Shown here piece by piece: positions 34,092 through 42,745 of a DNA stretch of 64,000 nt (position 1 is the first letter of the stretch; every line of letters begins with the position of its first letter). The notes beneath the pieces are model-generated. The model had not been told where the DNA came from. It saw nothing but the letters and a program-made list of their open reading frames with translations, and did not search any database. The DNA comes from an uncultured Candidatus Rokubacteria bacterium (lineage in GTDB: Bacteria; Methylomirabilota; Methylomirabilia; Rokubacteriales; CSP1-6). The translations under genes and the position numbers were made by a program. Location of the stretch: positions 288,001-352,000 of the forward strand of contig CAVYTA010000006.1 in NCBI GenBank assembly GCA_963771355.1, read 5' to 3'.

Positions 34092-35246
34092 CTACAGCGC
34101 GGCGTACAGCAGGTCGATCAGGTGGCGCACGTGCTTGTGCTGCCAGCCCATGCGGCCCTGGTTCATGGCGTAGCCGATGGCCACGCGCGCGTCGGGATCG
34201 GCGAGGCCGAGCGAGCCACCCGCGCCGAAGTGCCCGAAGGCACGCGGCCCGGGGCCGAGCCGCCGCTCGGGCATGGTGAGCTGAAAGCCGAGCCCGTAGC
34301 GCGTAGGGCGCTCCAGCACGACGTCCGGCCCATTCACCTGCTCGGCGATGGCGCGGGTCACCGTCTCCGGCGCCAGCACGTGCACGCCGTCGAGCCGGCC
34401 GTCCGTCGCCAGCGCCGAATAGAGCCGCGCGATCGCCCGCGCATTGCCGTGCCCGTTGGTCGACGGTACCTCCGCGGCCCGCCACGCGCGCGTGTTCACG
34501 ATGCGCATCCCGGATAGGCCCGGCGGGTTCCAGTAGGCGTTGAAGCGCATGAGCGGCAGGCCGCTGAGGTCGCCCGGGCCCGCGTCGAGCGCCCGGACGC
34601 GCTCGTCCTGTTCGGGGCTGGGCGGGGGCGGGATGAAGTCGGCGCAGCGCGCATCATGCTCGGGCCCGAGCCCCCAGTGAAAGTCGATCCCCGCGGGCCC
34701 GGCCAGGTGTTCGCGGAAGTAGGCGCCGATCGACTGGCCGGTGACGCGGCGGATCACCTCGCCGATCAGGAAGCCCTGCGTGTTCACGTGATAGCCGTGG
34801 CCCGTGCCCGGCACCCACCAGGGCGCCTGGGCGGCGAGGGCCTCCGTCATCAGCGCCCAGTCGCTCCAGGCCTCGGGGGGCAGCGTGCGGGCGACGGCGG
34901 GGAGCCCCACCTGGTGGGTGAGGAGGTAGCGCACGGGGACCTGCGCCTTCCCCGCCTGGGCAAACTCGGGCCAGTAGCGCGTCACGGGCGCATCCAGATC
35001 GAGCCGGCCGGCCTCGACCAGGCGGAGGAGGCAGACCGCGCTGATCGCCTTCCCCACGGAGAAGAGGTTGACGAGGGTGTCGCGGGCCCAGGGGCGCGTG
35101 CGGGCGGCGTCGGCGTGGCCGGCCCAGAGGTCGACGACACATTGCTTATCGACGTAGACGGTGAGGGCGGCGCCGACTTCAGTGGCGGAAGCGATCGTTG
35201 CGGCGAGCGCGTTCTCGACCGCTACGAAGCGTGGGTCGAGGGACAC
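34092..35246 (-). CDS. Serine hydrolase, beta-lactamase/EstB (family VIII esterase) fold
   Basis: SxxK motif FSVGK, LDLDAPV, LLTHQVGL, GYH, FGHFGAGGS. Confidence 0.9.
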   Translation of the reverse strand: MSLDPRFVAVENALAATIASATEVGAALTVYVDKQCVVDLWAGHADAARTRPWARDTLVNLFSVGKAISAVCLLRLVEAGRLDLDAPVTRYWPEFAQAGKAQVPVRYLLTHQVGLPAVARTLPPEAWSDWALMTEALAAQAPWWVPGTGHGYHVNTQGFLIGEVIRRVTGQSIGAYFREHLAGPAGIDFHWGLGPEHDARCADFIPPPPSPEQDERVRALDAGPGDLSGLPLMRFNAYWNPPGLSGMRIVNTRAWRAAEVPSTNGHGNARAIARLYSALATDGRLDGVHVLAPETVTRAIAEQVNGPDVVLERPTRYGLGFQLTMPERRLGPGPRAFGHFGAGGSLGLADPDARVAIGYAMNQGRMGWQHKHVRHLIDLLYAAL

Positions 35247-35256
35247 AAGGCGGACC

Positions 35257-36366
35257 CTAGTCCAGCCAGTCCTCGTCCTTCAGTTTCTTCGGTAGGTACG
35301 TCTTCGTGAGGTAGCGGAAGTCCTTGTTCGCCAGCGCGTCGAGCTCGTACTTGAGCCCGCTGCCGAGCATGCGCTTGATCTCTTCCTGCCAGGGTTTCTT
35401 TTCGAACCAGCGATACTTCAGGAGCTCCTTGGCTCGGCTGATGTCCTTGTCGTTGAGCTTGATGCCGACGTTGCGGGGCAGGCCGTAGGCGTCCGCGTCG
35501 GCGCTGGAGAGGCCGATGAACTTGGCTTTGGGGATGGCCATACGCTCGCTCTCGAAGGCGAGGTTGATGGAGCCCTGCTTCACCACCGAGTAGATGTAGT
35601 AGCCCCAGGGGTCGTTGTCCACGAGGACGTAGACGGGCAGCCTGTACTCCTCGTGGAGGCGCCGGGCCAGGCGGCGGACGCCGCGCGGGGGCTGGCCGTT
35701 GCCGGTGAGGAGCACGCAGTTGTAGCGGCGCCAGAACTTGTCCTCGGAGAGGCGGTTCCACTGGGTGCCCTTCTCGACGAGGAGGACGAAGTCGGCCGTG
35801 CAGCGGCGGATCTCGATGTACTCGGGCTCCACGATGGACGGCACGGAGTAGCCGCCCTTGCCCAGGCGCGCGCAGTCCACCCGGTCGCCGTCGTCGCCGA
35901 ACACCACCGGCCCCACGATGCTGCCGGCGTTCTCCGCGCGCACGTGGAGCTCCTCGCGGAGGGCGGCGAGCGTGACCTCCAGGTCCTCGATCAGCGGATC
36001 GGACTCGTTCTGGTTGTCGAAGGTGTTCTCGTGCGAGCCCTTCATGGTGTGCTTGGTGCGGTAGTAGATCTCGCGGAGCGAGGTGGTGAGGTTCGCCCGC
36101 TGGAGCTCCGAGAGCGCGTCCGCCACCAGCACGGTCTGCATGAACTTCTTCGCCATGCCCACGTTGAAGAAGTTGCGCGCCTGCTTGCGCTTGCCCAGCT
36201 CGATGATGCCGCGCTTGGCGTTGAAGTTGATGTTGGCCAGGCTCCGCACGGGGATGGCCAGCGTCGGGTCCTTGCTCTTCTCCGCCGCGGTGATGACCGT
36301 GTCGGCCACGCTGATGAGCTTCTTCTCCACCGCGCCCGTCTTCTTCGCCGCCGCCGCTTTGGCCAT
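35257..36366 (-). CDS. top6A: DNA topoisomerase VI subunit A (Spo11-like)
   Basis: Catalytic SLREIYY motif; Toprim LVEK, TGNGQP, VDNDPWG; C-terminal KYELDAL. Confidence 0.95.
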   Translation of the reverse strand: MAKAAAAKKTGAVEKKLISVADTVITAAEKSKDPTLAIPVRSLANINFNAKRGIIELGKRKQARNFFNVGMAKKFMQTVLVADALSELQRANLTTSLREIYYRTKHTMKGSHENTFDNQNESDPLIEDLEVTLAALREELHVRAENAGSIVGPVVFGDDGDRVDCARLGKGGYSVPSIVEPEYIEIRRCTADFVLLVEKGTQWNRLSEDKFWRRYNCVLLTGNGQPPRGVRRLARRLHEEYRLPVYVLVDNDPWGYYIYSVVKQGSINLAFESERMAIPKAKFIGLSSADADAYGLPRNVGIKLNDKDISRAKELLKYRWFEKKPWQEEIKRMLGSGLKYELDALANKDFRYLTKTYLPKKLKDEDWLD

Positions 36367-36378
36367 GAGTTCTGTCCT

Positions 36379-37362
36379 TTACTCGACGATCTGGTCCGCA
36401 CGCAAGAGGAGCGTCTGGGGCAGCGTGAGGCCGAGCGCCTTGGCCGTCCGGAGATTGATGGCGAGGTAATAGCGGCTGGGCCGCTCGACGGGGAGGCTGC
36501 TCGGGGTGGCGCCCTTGAAAAGTCGGTCCACGTAGCTCGCGGCCCGGCGGTAGTTTTCGTCCGGGCTCGCGCCGTAAGACATGAGGGCGCCGTCCTGAAC
36601 GGGGACGCTCACCTCGTACATGGCGGGGATCCGGTGCATGACGGCGAACTCGATGACGCGCTTGCGATTGAGCAAGGTGAGCGCGTCCGTCACCAGGAAC
36701 ATGGCGTCGGGACGACGCTGCGTCATGGCGGCGAAGGCCACGTCGAAGTCATTCGGCTCGCGGACGCCGAGGGCCTGCACAGTGACGCGGAGGACCTGGG
36801 CGGCCTTCTCCACGTTCTGATAGCGCATGGTCATGCCCAGGTCGTCGGCGTTCCAGAGGACGGCGATGCGCTCGGCCTTCGGCACGGCCTCCTTCAGGAT
36901 CTCCAGGCGCTTGGCGCTGAGCTCGGCGGACTGATCAGTCACGCCCGTCACGTTGCCGCCGGGATGGGCGAGGCTGTTGATCAGGCCGAGGCCGTCGGCA
37001 TCCCCCACGAGGGCCATCACGATAGGAATGGTGGAGGTCGCTTGCCTGGAGGCGGCGGTCGCGGGCCCGCCGGCCGTCACGATGACGTCGACCTTCTCCC
37101 CCACCAGCTCGGTCGCGAGCGGAGGGAGCCGCTCTTGTCGCGCGTCGGCCCACCGGGCGACGTACACGACGTTCTGCCCCTCGACGTAGCCGAGATCCTT
37201 CAAGGCCTGCCGCAAAACTGAAGGCGCGGCGCCGTCCGGTGGCCGCGCGTTACCGGACAGGAAGCCGACGCGCCACGTCTTCCCCCGCTGCTGCGCATCG
37301 GCAGTGGCCGGCGCGGCGAGGAATGAGAGGGCGAGGAGGAGCGCAATCGCGGCGCGCAGCAT
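36379..37362 (-). CDS. ABC_sub_bind-type periplasmic substrate-binding protein located between top6B and top6A
   Basis: Signal peptide ...PATADAQ; LKDLGYVEGQN, TIPIVM, PGGNVTG, KRLEILKE, GALMSYG, LPVERP, INLRTAKALGL; TGATG overlap with the top6B stop. Confidence 0.92.
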   Translation of the reverse strand: MLRAAIALLLALSFLAAPATADAQQRGKTWRVGFLSGNARPPDGAAPSVLRQALKDLGYVEGQNVVYVARWADARQERLPPLATELVGEKVDVIVTAGGPATAASRQATSTIPIVMALVGDADGLGLINSLAHPGGNVTGVTDQSAELSAKRLEILKEAVPKAERIAVLWNADDLGMTMRYQNVEKAAQVLRVTVQALGVREPNDFDVAFAAMTQRRPDAMFLVTDALTLLNRKRVIEFAVMHRIPAMYEVSVPVQDGALMSYGASPDENYRRAASYVDRLFKGATPSSLPVERPSRYYLAINLRTAKALGLTLPQTLLLRADQIVE

Positions 37363-39350
37363 CACTTGCGCTTGGCGGGCTTGGCCTTGCGCTTCGCGGC
37401 CTTCGCGGGCTTGGGCGCACGCTTGGTGGCCGTCGCGGTCTTCGTACCCTTCGCCTTTGCGCCTTTCGCCTTCACGGCCTTCGCCTTCTTCCCGCGCGCG
37501 GGCTTGGCGGTATCCGGCTCGGGCGCTTCGATCGCCGCCGGCTCCACCACCCCCGCCGCCTCCGGGAGCACCGGCGCCTCGCCCTCCGCGCCCTCCGGCG
37601 TCACGATGATCGAGTGCGGCAGGCCCTCGGGCCCGCTGTCGTGGCCGAGGATCTGGTCGGTCTTGGCCCCGCCGGTGCGCTTCATGGCGATCTTCTGGAG
37701 CTGGGCCTTGAGCTTCTCCTTGGGCAGCTTGCCGCCCTTGAGCCGGGCGCAGGCCTCCACGACCTCCTCGATGTAGAGCTCGAAGATGTTGCGCCGGCGG
37801 AACTCGCCCTTGGCCCGCTCGCGCCGCCGGAGGAAGACGCCGAGCCGCCGCCCGCACTCCTGCAGCGCGAGCTTGATCTCCTTCCGGATCTCGTCGTAGT
37901 CGGCGATGGCTTCCTTGGACTCGCTGGTGAACGGCACCCAGACCGAGGCCATGTGGACGAAGATCACCATGGGGCCGGCGGGGAGCGCGCCCCGCGACTG
38001 GGCGATGCCGTAGTTGCGCCACGCGGTCTCGAGCGCGGCCTTGAAGGTGGCGCAGGCCGACTGCTGGTAGAGGAGGGGCACGCGGTTGGCGTAGCGGATG
38101 ACGCGGGCCAGCTCACTGTCCTCTTCCGCCTGCTCGCCCTCGGCCAGCGGCACCGCGGGCGCGTCCAGGGCGGCGGCCTGGCCCGGGCCCTTGCCGAAGG
38201 CCAGGCCCGCCTCGATGACGAACGGGTTGCCGCGGTACACCGACGGCGGCCGGGTCACCGCCGTGTAGAACTCCCCTTTGATCTGCTTGTAGAGGCCGTG
38301 GAGGATCGCCTTCTCGCCGATGGGCGAGATGCAGTTGGACGGCGGCGCCATGATCTTGGTGGCCTGGATGGCCTTGTAGAGCGCCTCCGCGTCGGCGCCG
38401 TGGATGTTGCGGGGGCGCGCGTTCGGGTTGAGCTTGGCCGTCTTGCTGATCTCCTGGGCCAGCGCGGGAGACACCCGGCTGAAGTCGCCCGAGAGAAAGC
38501 CGGAGAGCCAGTGGCTGCGCGTGTCGTGGAGCATGCGCAGGAGCACGCCGAACTCGATCCCATAGGGATGCGGCTTGATCTCGCTCGGCTGGGGCGGCAG
38601 CTCCTCGATCGTCCGCGGGTACTCGCGGGTCTCGCCGTCCGGGGCGTGGTAGACGAGCTGCACGTGCGGGTTGGCGATGGCGACCTGCTCGAGGAACTCG
38701 TCCACCGAGGCGCGGCCCTTCTGGTAGCGCCCCTCGATCTCGAGGGTCACCTGGGTGCCGCGCTCGTGCGCCCAGTCGATCTTCTTGCTCTCGAAGATCC
38801 GGGGCTCGTTCTTCTTGGTGTCGATCTGCACCTCGAAGTAGTGCGCGGCCGCCCGCGCGCCGGTGCGCGAGGTGATCTGCACCGGCTTGCCGGTGGTGAT
38901 CTGGGCATACATGCCGGCCGCGGAGATGCCGATGCCCTGCTGGCCCCGGCTCATGCGGAGGCGATGGAACTTCGAGCCGTAGAGGAGCTTGGCGAAGATG
39001 GGCGGGATCTGCTGGCGGACGATGCCGGGGCCATTGTCGCTGACGGTGACGCGGAACCGGGTGGCCTGGCTGGCCGGCGGCGGCGGCGCGCCATTGCTCG
39101 ACGCCACTTCCAGCGTGACGACCACCTCGGGCAGGATGCCGGCTTCCTCGGCGGCGTCCAGCGCATTGTCGACGGCCTCCTTGACGCAGGTGAGGAGGGC
39201 CTTGCGCGGATTGTCGAAGCCGAGGAGGTGGCGGTTCTTGGTGAAGAACTCGGAGACGGAGATGTCGCGCTGGCGGGCGCCCATCTCGGCGGCGGACGGC
39301 GGCGCCACCTTCGGCGCGGCGGGCGGAGCCTTGGCGAGCGCGATGGCCAT
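37362..39350 (-). CDS. top6B: DNA topoisomerase VI subunit B (GHKL ATPase) with Lys/Ala-rich C-terminal tail
   Basis: ISVSEFF, KEAVDNALDA, DNGPGI, GSKFH, SRGQQGIGISAA, RYANRVPLL, VPFTSESKEAI. Confidence 0.95.
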   Translation of the reverse strand: MAIALAKAPPAAPKVAPPSAAEMGARQRDISVSEFFTKNRHLLGFDNPRKALLTCVKEAVDNALDAAEEAGILPEVVVTLEVASSNGAPPPPASQATRFRVTVSDNGPGIVRQQIPPIFAKLLYGSKFHRLRMSRGQQGIGISAAGMYAQITTGKPVQITSRTGARAAAHYFEVQIDTKKNEPRIFESKKIDWAHERGTQVTLEIEGRYQKGRASVDEFLEQVAIANPHVQLVYHAPDGETREYPRTIEELPPQPSEIKPHPYGIEFGVLLRMLHDTRSHWLSGFLSGDFSRVSPALAQEISKTAKLNPNARPRNIHGADAEALYKAIQATKIMAPPSNCISPIGEKAILHGLYKQIKGEFYTAVTRPPSVYRGNPFVIEAGLAFGKGPGQAAALDAPAVPLAEGEQAEEDSELARVIRYANRVPLLYQQSACATFKAALETAWRNYGIAQSRGALPAGPMVIFVHMASVWVPFTSESKEAIADYDEIRKEIKLALQECGRRLGVFLRRRERAKGEFRRRNIFELYIEEVVEACARLKGGKLPKEKLKAQLQKIAMKRTGGAKTDQILGHDSGPEGLPHSIIVTPEGAEGEAPVLPEAAGVVEPAAIEAPEPDTAKPARGKKAKAVKAKGAKAKGTKTATATKRAPKPAKAAKRKAKPAKRK

Positions 39351-39415
39351 GCCCCACTTGATACCAGACCCGTGCTCGATTGGCCCCCCGAAAATGTCCG
39401 TGGCAGAATGACGGC

Positions 39416-40174
39416 ATGAGTACCTCGACTCGCCTGGCCGTGCTCAGCGTGCTCGTCGCGATCGGCGCCGTCGCGACCTACGTGCTCCTCCTCGGGGTGG
39501 CGGTGGTGCGGAACCACCCGGAGGGCTATGTGATCGCGTTCGCGGTGGCGACGGGCCTGGCGGTGCTCGCCGTGGTTCGCGCGCGGACACGGCGCTGGCC
39601 CGCCTGGGTGGCGCTGGGCGTCACGAGCCTCCTGCTGATCGCCGGCGCCTGGTTCAACTTCGTGGTGACGCGGGTGCCCGATGCTCCGGTGGCGTTCAAG
39701 GTGGGCGAGCCGGCACCGGACTTCACCTTGCCCGATGCGGCGGGCCGTCCCGTCGCGCTGGCGGACTATCGCGGCAAGAAGCCGGTGGTGCTCGTCTTCT
39801 ACCGCGGCTACTGGTGACCGTTCTGCGTGTCCGAGCTCCAAGGTCTTGGAGCCCAGCTTTCGGAGGCCGAGCAGGCGGGCGTCGAGATCATCGCCATCTC
39901 GCCCGATCCCAACCAGCGCAGCCAGGAGCTCGCCGAGGGCCTGCGCCTCGGCTATCGGTTCGTCGCCGACGGCGATCTCGCGGTGGCGCGGCGCTACGGG
40001 CTCGTCCACGCGGGCGGGGGGCCGGAGGGAAAGGACGTGCCGCGCCCGGCCACGGTGGTGCTGGACAAGCAGGGGGTCGTGCGCTGGTTCTCGGCCAGCC
40101 ACAACTTCCAGGTGCGGCCCGCTCCCGGCGAGGTGCTCCGCGTGGTTCGTTCCCTCGTGGCGGAAAAGGGCTAG
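39416..40174 (+). CDS. Membrane-anchored AhpC/TSA (redoxin) selenoprotein; UGA at 39815-39817 read as Sec
   Basis: The two track ORFs are in one frame, joined by FYRGYW-TGA-PFCVSEL (UxxC at the canonical CxxC site). APDFTLPD precedes and IIAISPD...PATVVLDKQGVVRW follows; three N-terminal hydrophobic helices. Confidence 0.9.
39835..39852 (+). promoter_or_regulatory. Candidate bacterial SECIS hairpin
   Basis: GCTCCAA-GGTC-TTGGAGC is a perfect 7-bp stem; its G-containing loop begins 25 nt after the in-frame UGA. Confidence 0.75.
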
Positions 40175-40183
40175 AATCGCCCC

Positions 40184-41065
40184 ATGAAGATCCGCATCGG
40201 GGTGGGAGCGTCCGGCGCATCGTCCACGCCGGAGGCGCTGGGCGAGCTGGTGGCGTCGATCGACGAGCTGGGGTTCGACTCGCTCTGGCTCTCGGAGGTG
40301 CTGACGGGGCCCGTGATCGATCCCGCGGTGGGGCTGGCCTGGGCGGCGGCGAGCAATCCGCGGGTGAAGCTCGGGACCACCATGCTGCTGCCGGGGCGCA
40401 ATGTGCTGCGGCTGGCCAAGCAGCTCGCCAGCCTCGACGTGCTCTGCCGGGGCCGGCTCCTGGTGACGCTCGTGCCCGGGCTCACCTATCCGCCGGAGCG
40501 CGAGGCCATCGGCGTGGAGCCCAAGCAGCGCGGCGCCGTCATCGACGAGGCGCTGCCGCTGCTGCGTCGCCTCTGGGCGGGGGAGACGGTGAGCCACGAG
40601 GGCGTCGCCGGGACCTTCCAGAACGTCAAGCTGTCGCCGCTGCCGGTGCAGCAGCCGCTGGAAGTCTGGCTGGGCGGCAACGTGCCCTCGGCGCTCGAGC
40701 GCTGCGGGCGCTTGTCGGACGGCTGGCTGCCGTCGCTCTGCACGCCCGAGGAGGCGGCCGCGGGGCGCGTCGTGATCGAGGAGGCGGCGGCCAAGGCCGG
40801 CCGCTCGATCAGCGGCGAGCACTTCGGCATGAGCATCGGCTACGCCAGCAAGCCCATCGACCCGGCCACCGCGCGGGTGATGGCGGCGCGGCGCCCCCGG
40901 GCCCTCGAGCTCACGCCGGTGGGCTTGCCGGCCCTGCGCCAGCTCATCGAGCGCTTCATCGCCGTGGGCTTCTCCAAGTTCGTCCTGCGGCCGGTGGCCC
41001 CGCCGGCCTCCTGGCGCGCCGAGCTGGATGCCCTCGCCGGTGCCGTCGGCGACCTTCAGACCTGA
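40184..41065 (+). CDS. LLM (luciferase-like) flavin/F420-dependent oxidoreductase
   Basis: GFDSLWLSE, LAKQLASLDVL, VWLGG, DGWLP. Confidence 0.88.
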   Translation: MKIRIGVGASGASSTPEALGELVASIDELGFDSLWLSEVLTGPVIDPAVGLAWAAASNPRVKLGTTMLLPGRNVLRLAKQLASLDVLCRGRLLVTLVPGLTYPPEREAIGVEPKQRGAVIDEALPLLRRLWAGETVSHEGVAGTFQNVKLSPLPVQQPLEVWLGGNVPSALERCGRLSDGWLPSLCTPEEAAAGRVVIEEAAAKAGRSISGEHFGMSIGYASKPIDPATARVMAARRPRALELTPVGLPALRQLIERFIAVGFSKFVLRPVAPPASWRAELDALAGAVGDLQT

Positions 41066-41073
41066 CTTCCACT

Positions 41074-41688
41074 GTGCCCCGTATCTTCGTGATTCGCCAC
41101 GGGGAAACCTCTGGCAATGCGGCGCGTATCGTCCAGCGTCCGGAGATCCCCCTCTCGGCTCGCGGCGAAGCGCAGGCGGAGGCGCTGGCGCGACGGCTGG
41201 CGCGCGAGGGCATCGCGCGCATCGTCTCCAGCGACCTCGCGCGCGCCGTCGGTACCGCCGAGCGGCTGCAGCGCGCCACCGGCGCCCCGCTCACCTTCGA
41301 CCCGCTGCTGCAGGAGCGGAACTTCGGCGATGTTCGCGGCACCGCCTATGACGAGCTCGGCCTGGACCTCTTCGCGCTGGATTTCGCGCCGTCCAACGGC
41401 GAGACGTGGGACGTCTTCCACGCGCGGGTGGATCGTGCCTGGGAGGCCGTGCGGGCGCTGGCGGCGGCCACGAGCGGGACCCTCGCGGTGGTGACCCATG
41501 GCCTCGTGTGCCGCTCCCTCGCGGCCCGGCATCTGAGCCTCGCCGACGGGGAGGTGGTGCCGGAGCGCTGGGAGAATACCTCGGTGACCATCGTGGAGGC
41601 CGGGGCGCCCTGGCGTGTGAGCCTGCTGAACTGCATCGCTCACCTCGAGGATCCCGAGGTCAGGCCGGCCCGCGGATCCGCCGTCTAG
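41074..41688 (+). CDS. Histidine phosphatase (phosphoglycerate mutase family)
   Basis: RHGE motif, SSDLARA, LQERNFG, VTHG. Confidence 0.9.
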   Translation: MPRIFVIRHGETSGNAARIVQRPEIPLSARGEAQAEALARRLAREGIARIVSSDLARAVGTAERLQRATGAPLTFDPLLQERNFGDVRGTAYDELGLDLFALDFAPSNGETWDVFHARVDRAWEAVRALAAATSGTLAVVTHGLVCRSLAARHLSLADGEVVPERWENTSVTIVEAGAPWRVSLLNCIAHLEDPEVRPARGSAV

Positions 41689-41712
41689 GCGCGACGGCGC
41701 GGGCGGCCGCGC

Positions 41713-42741
41713 TCAGCGCAGGCTGGCCATCAGCTCCATGGCCTCGGGCTGCTCGGTCACGACCGTGAGCCCGGTGATGCCGCTGTCGGCCCAGGCGCGG
41801 TAGCGCTCGCGGATGCGCTCAACCGGGCCCACCAGCGCCATCTCGTCGCAGAACTCGTCGGGCACGGCGGCCTCGGCCTCGACTTTCTTCTTCGCCAGGT
41901 AGAGCTCCTGGATACGCTGGGCGGCTTCGCCGAAGCCGCGGCGGATCATCATCTCCTTGTGGAAGTTCTTGTCGCGGTGGCCCATGCCGCCGGCGTAGAG
42001 CGCGACGCGCGGCTTCATGCGCGCCAGCGCAGCGCGCACGTCGTCGGTGATGACGACCTGGATGCTCGGCTGGATCTCGAAGCCGGCGGGCCCCTTGCCG
42101 CCGCCCGCGCGGCGAAAGCCCTCCTCGAGCCAGGGCCGCAGCATCGGCATGAGGCGCGGCACGAAGCCCAGCGGCAGCCAGCCGTCGGCGATCTCGGCGG
42201 TCAGCTTCACGTTCGCCTCGGTGCCGGTGCCGAGCCAGATCGGCAGCCGCGGGTTCATGTGGAGGATGGAGGTGAGCGGCTTGCCCACGCCGAGCGCGCC
42301 GGGCCCGGTGTAGGGGAGCGCGATCTCGCGCCCGGCATGCGCCACCGGCTCCTTGCGCTCGAAGATCTTCCGCATGATGGCCACGTAGTCGCGGATGCGG
42401 GTGGTGGGCTTGCCCCAGGGCTGGCCGTACCAGCCCTCCACGATCTGCGGCCCGGAGACGCCGAGCCCGGCGATGACGCGCCCGCCGCCCGCGAGGGCGT
42501 CCAGCGTGCCCGCCGCCATGGCTGCCGCCGCGGGCGGGCGCGCGGCGAGCTGCATGATGCCGGTGCCCAGGCGGATGCGCTTGGTCAGCGCGGCGAGATA
42601 GGCGAGCGGCGTGATCGCGTCCGAGCCGTAGGCCTCGGCCGTCCACACCGAGTCGAAGCCGAGCCGCTCCGCCAGCAGAACCTTCTCCACGGGCAGCCGC
42701 AGCTCCGCCCCCGAGTAGCCGATGTAGAACCCGAGCTTCAT
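41713..42741 (-). CDS. LLM class, probably F420-dependent, oxidoreductase
   Basis: GFDSVWTAEAYGSDA, GLGVSGPQIVEGWYG, ADGWLP. Confidence 0.9.
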   Translation of the reverse strand: MKLGFYIGYSGAELRLPVEKVLLAERLGFDSVWTAEAYGSDAITPLAYLAALTKRIRLGTGIMQLAARPPAAAAMAAGTLDALAGGGRVIAGLGVSGPQIVEGWYGQPWGKPTTRIRDYVAIMRKIFERKEPVAHAGREIALPYTGPGALGVGKPLTSILHMNPRLPIWLGTGTEANVKLTAEIADGWLPLGFVPRLMPMLRPWLEEGFRRAGGGKGPAGFEIQPSIQVVITDDVRAALARMKPRVALYAGGMGHRDKNFHKEMMIRRGFGEAAQRIQELYLAKKKVEAEAAVPDEFCDEMALVGPVERIRERYRAWADSGITGLTVVTEQPEAMELMASLR

Positions 42742-42745
42742 GGCG

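Noticed and set aside
34092..35246. Antibiotic-resistance beta-lactamase
   Set aside because: No signal peptide; the motifs fit cytoplasmic family VIII esterases.
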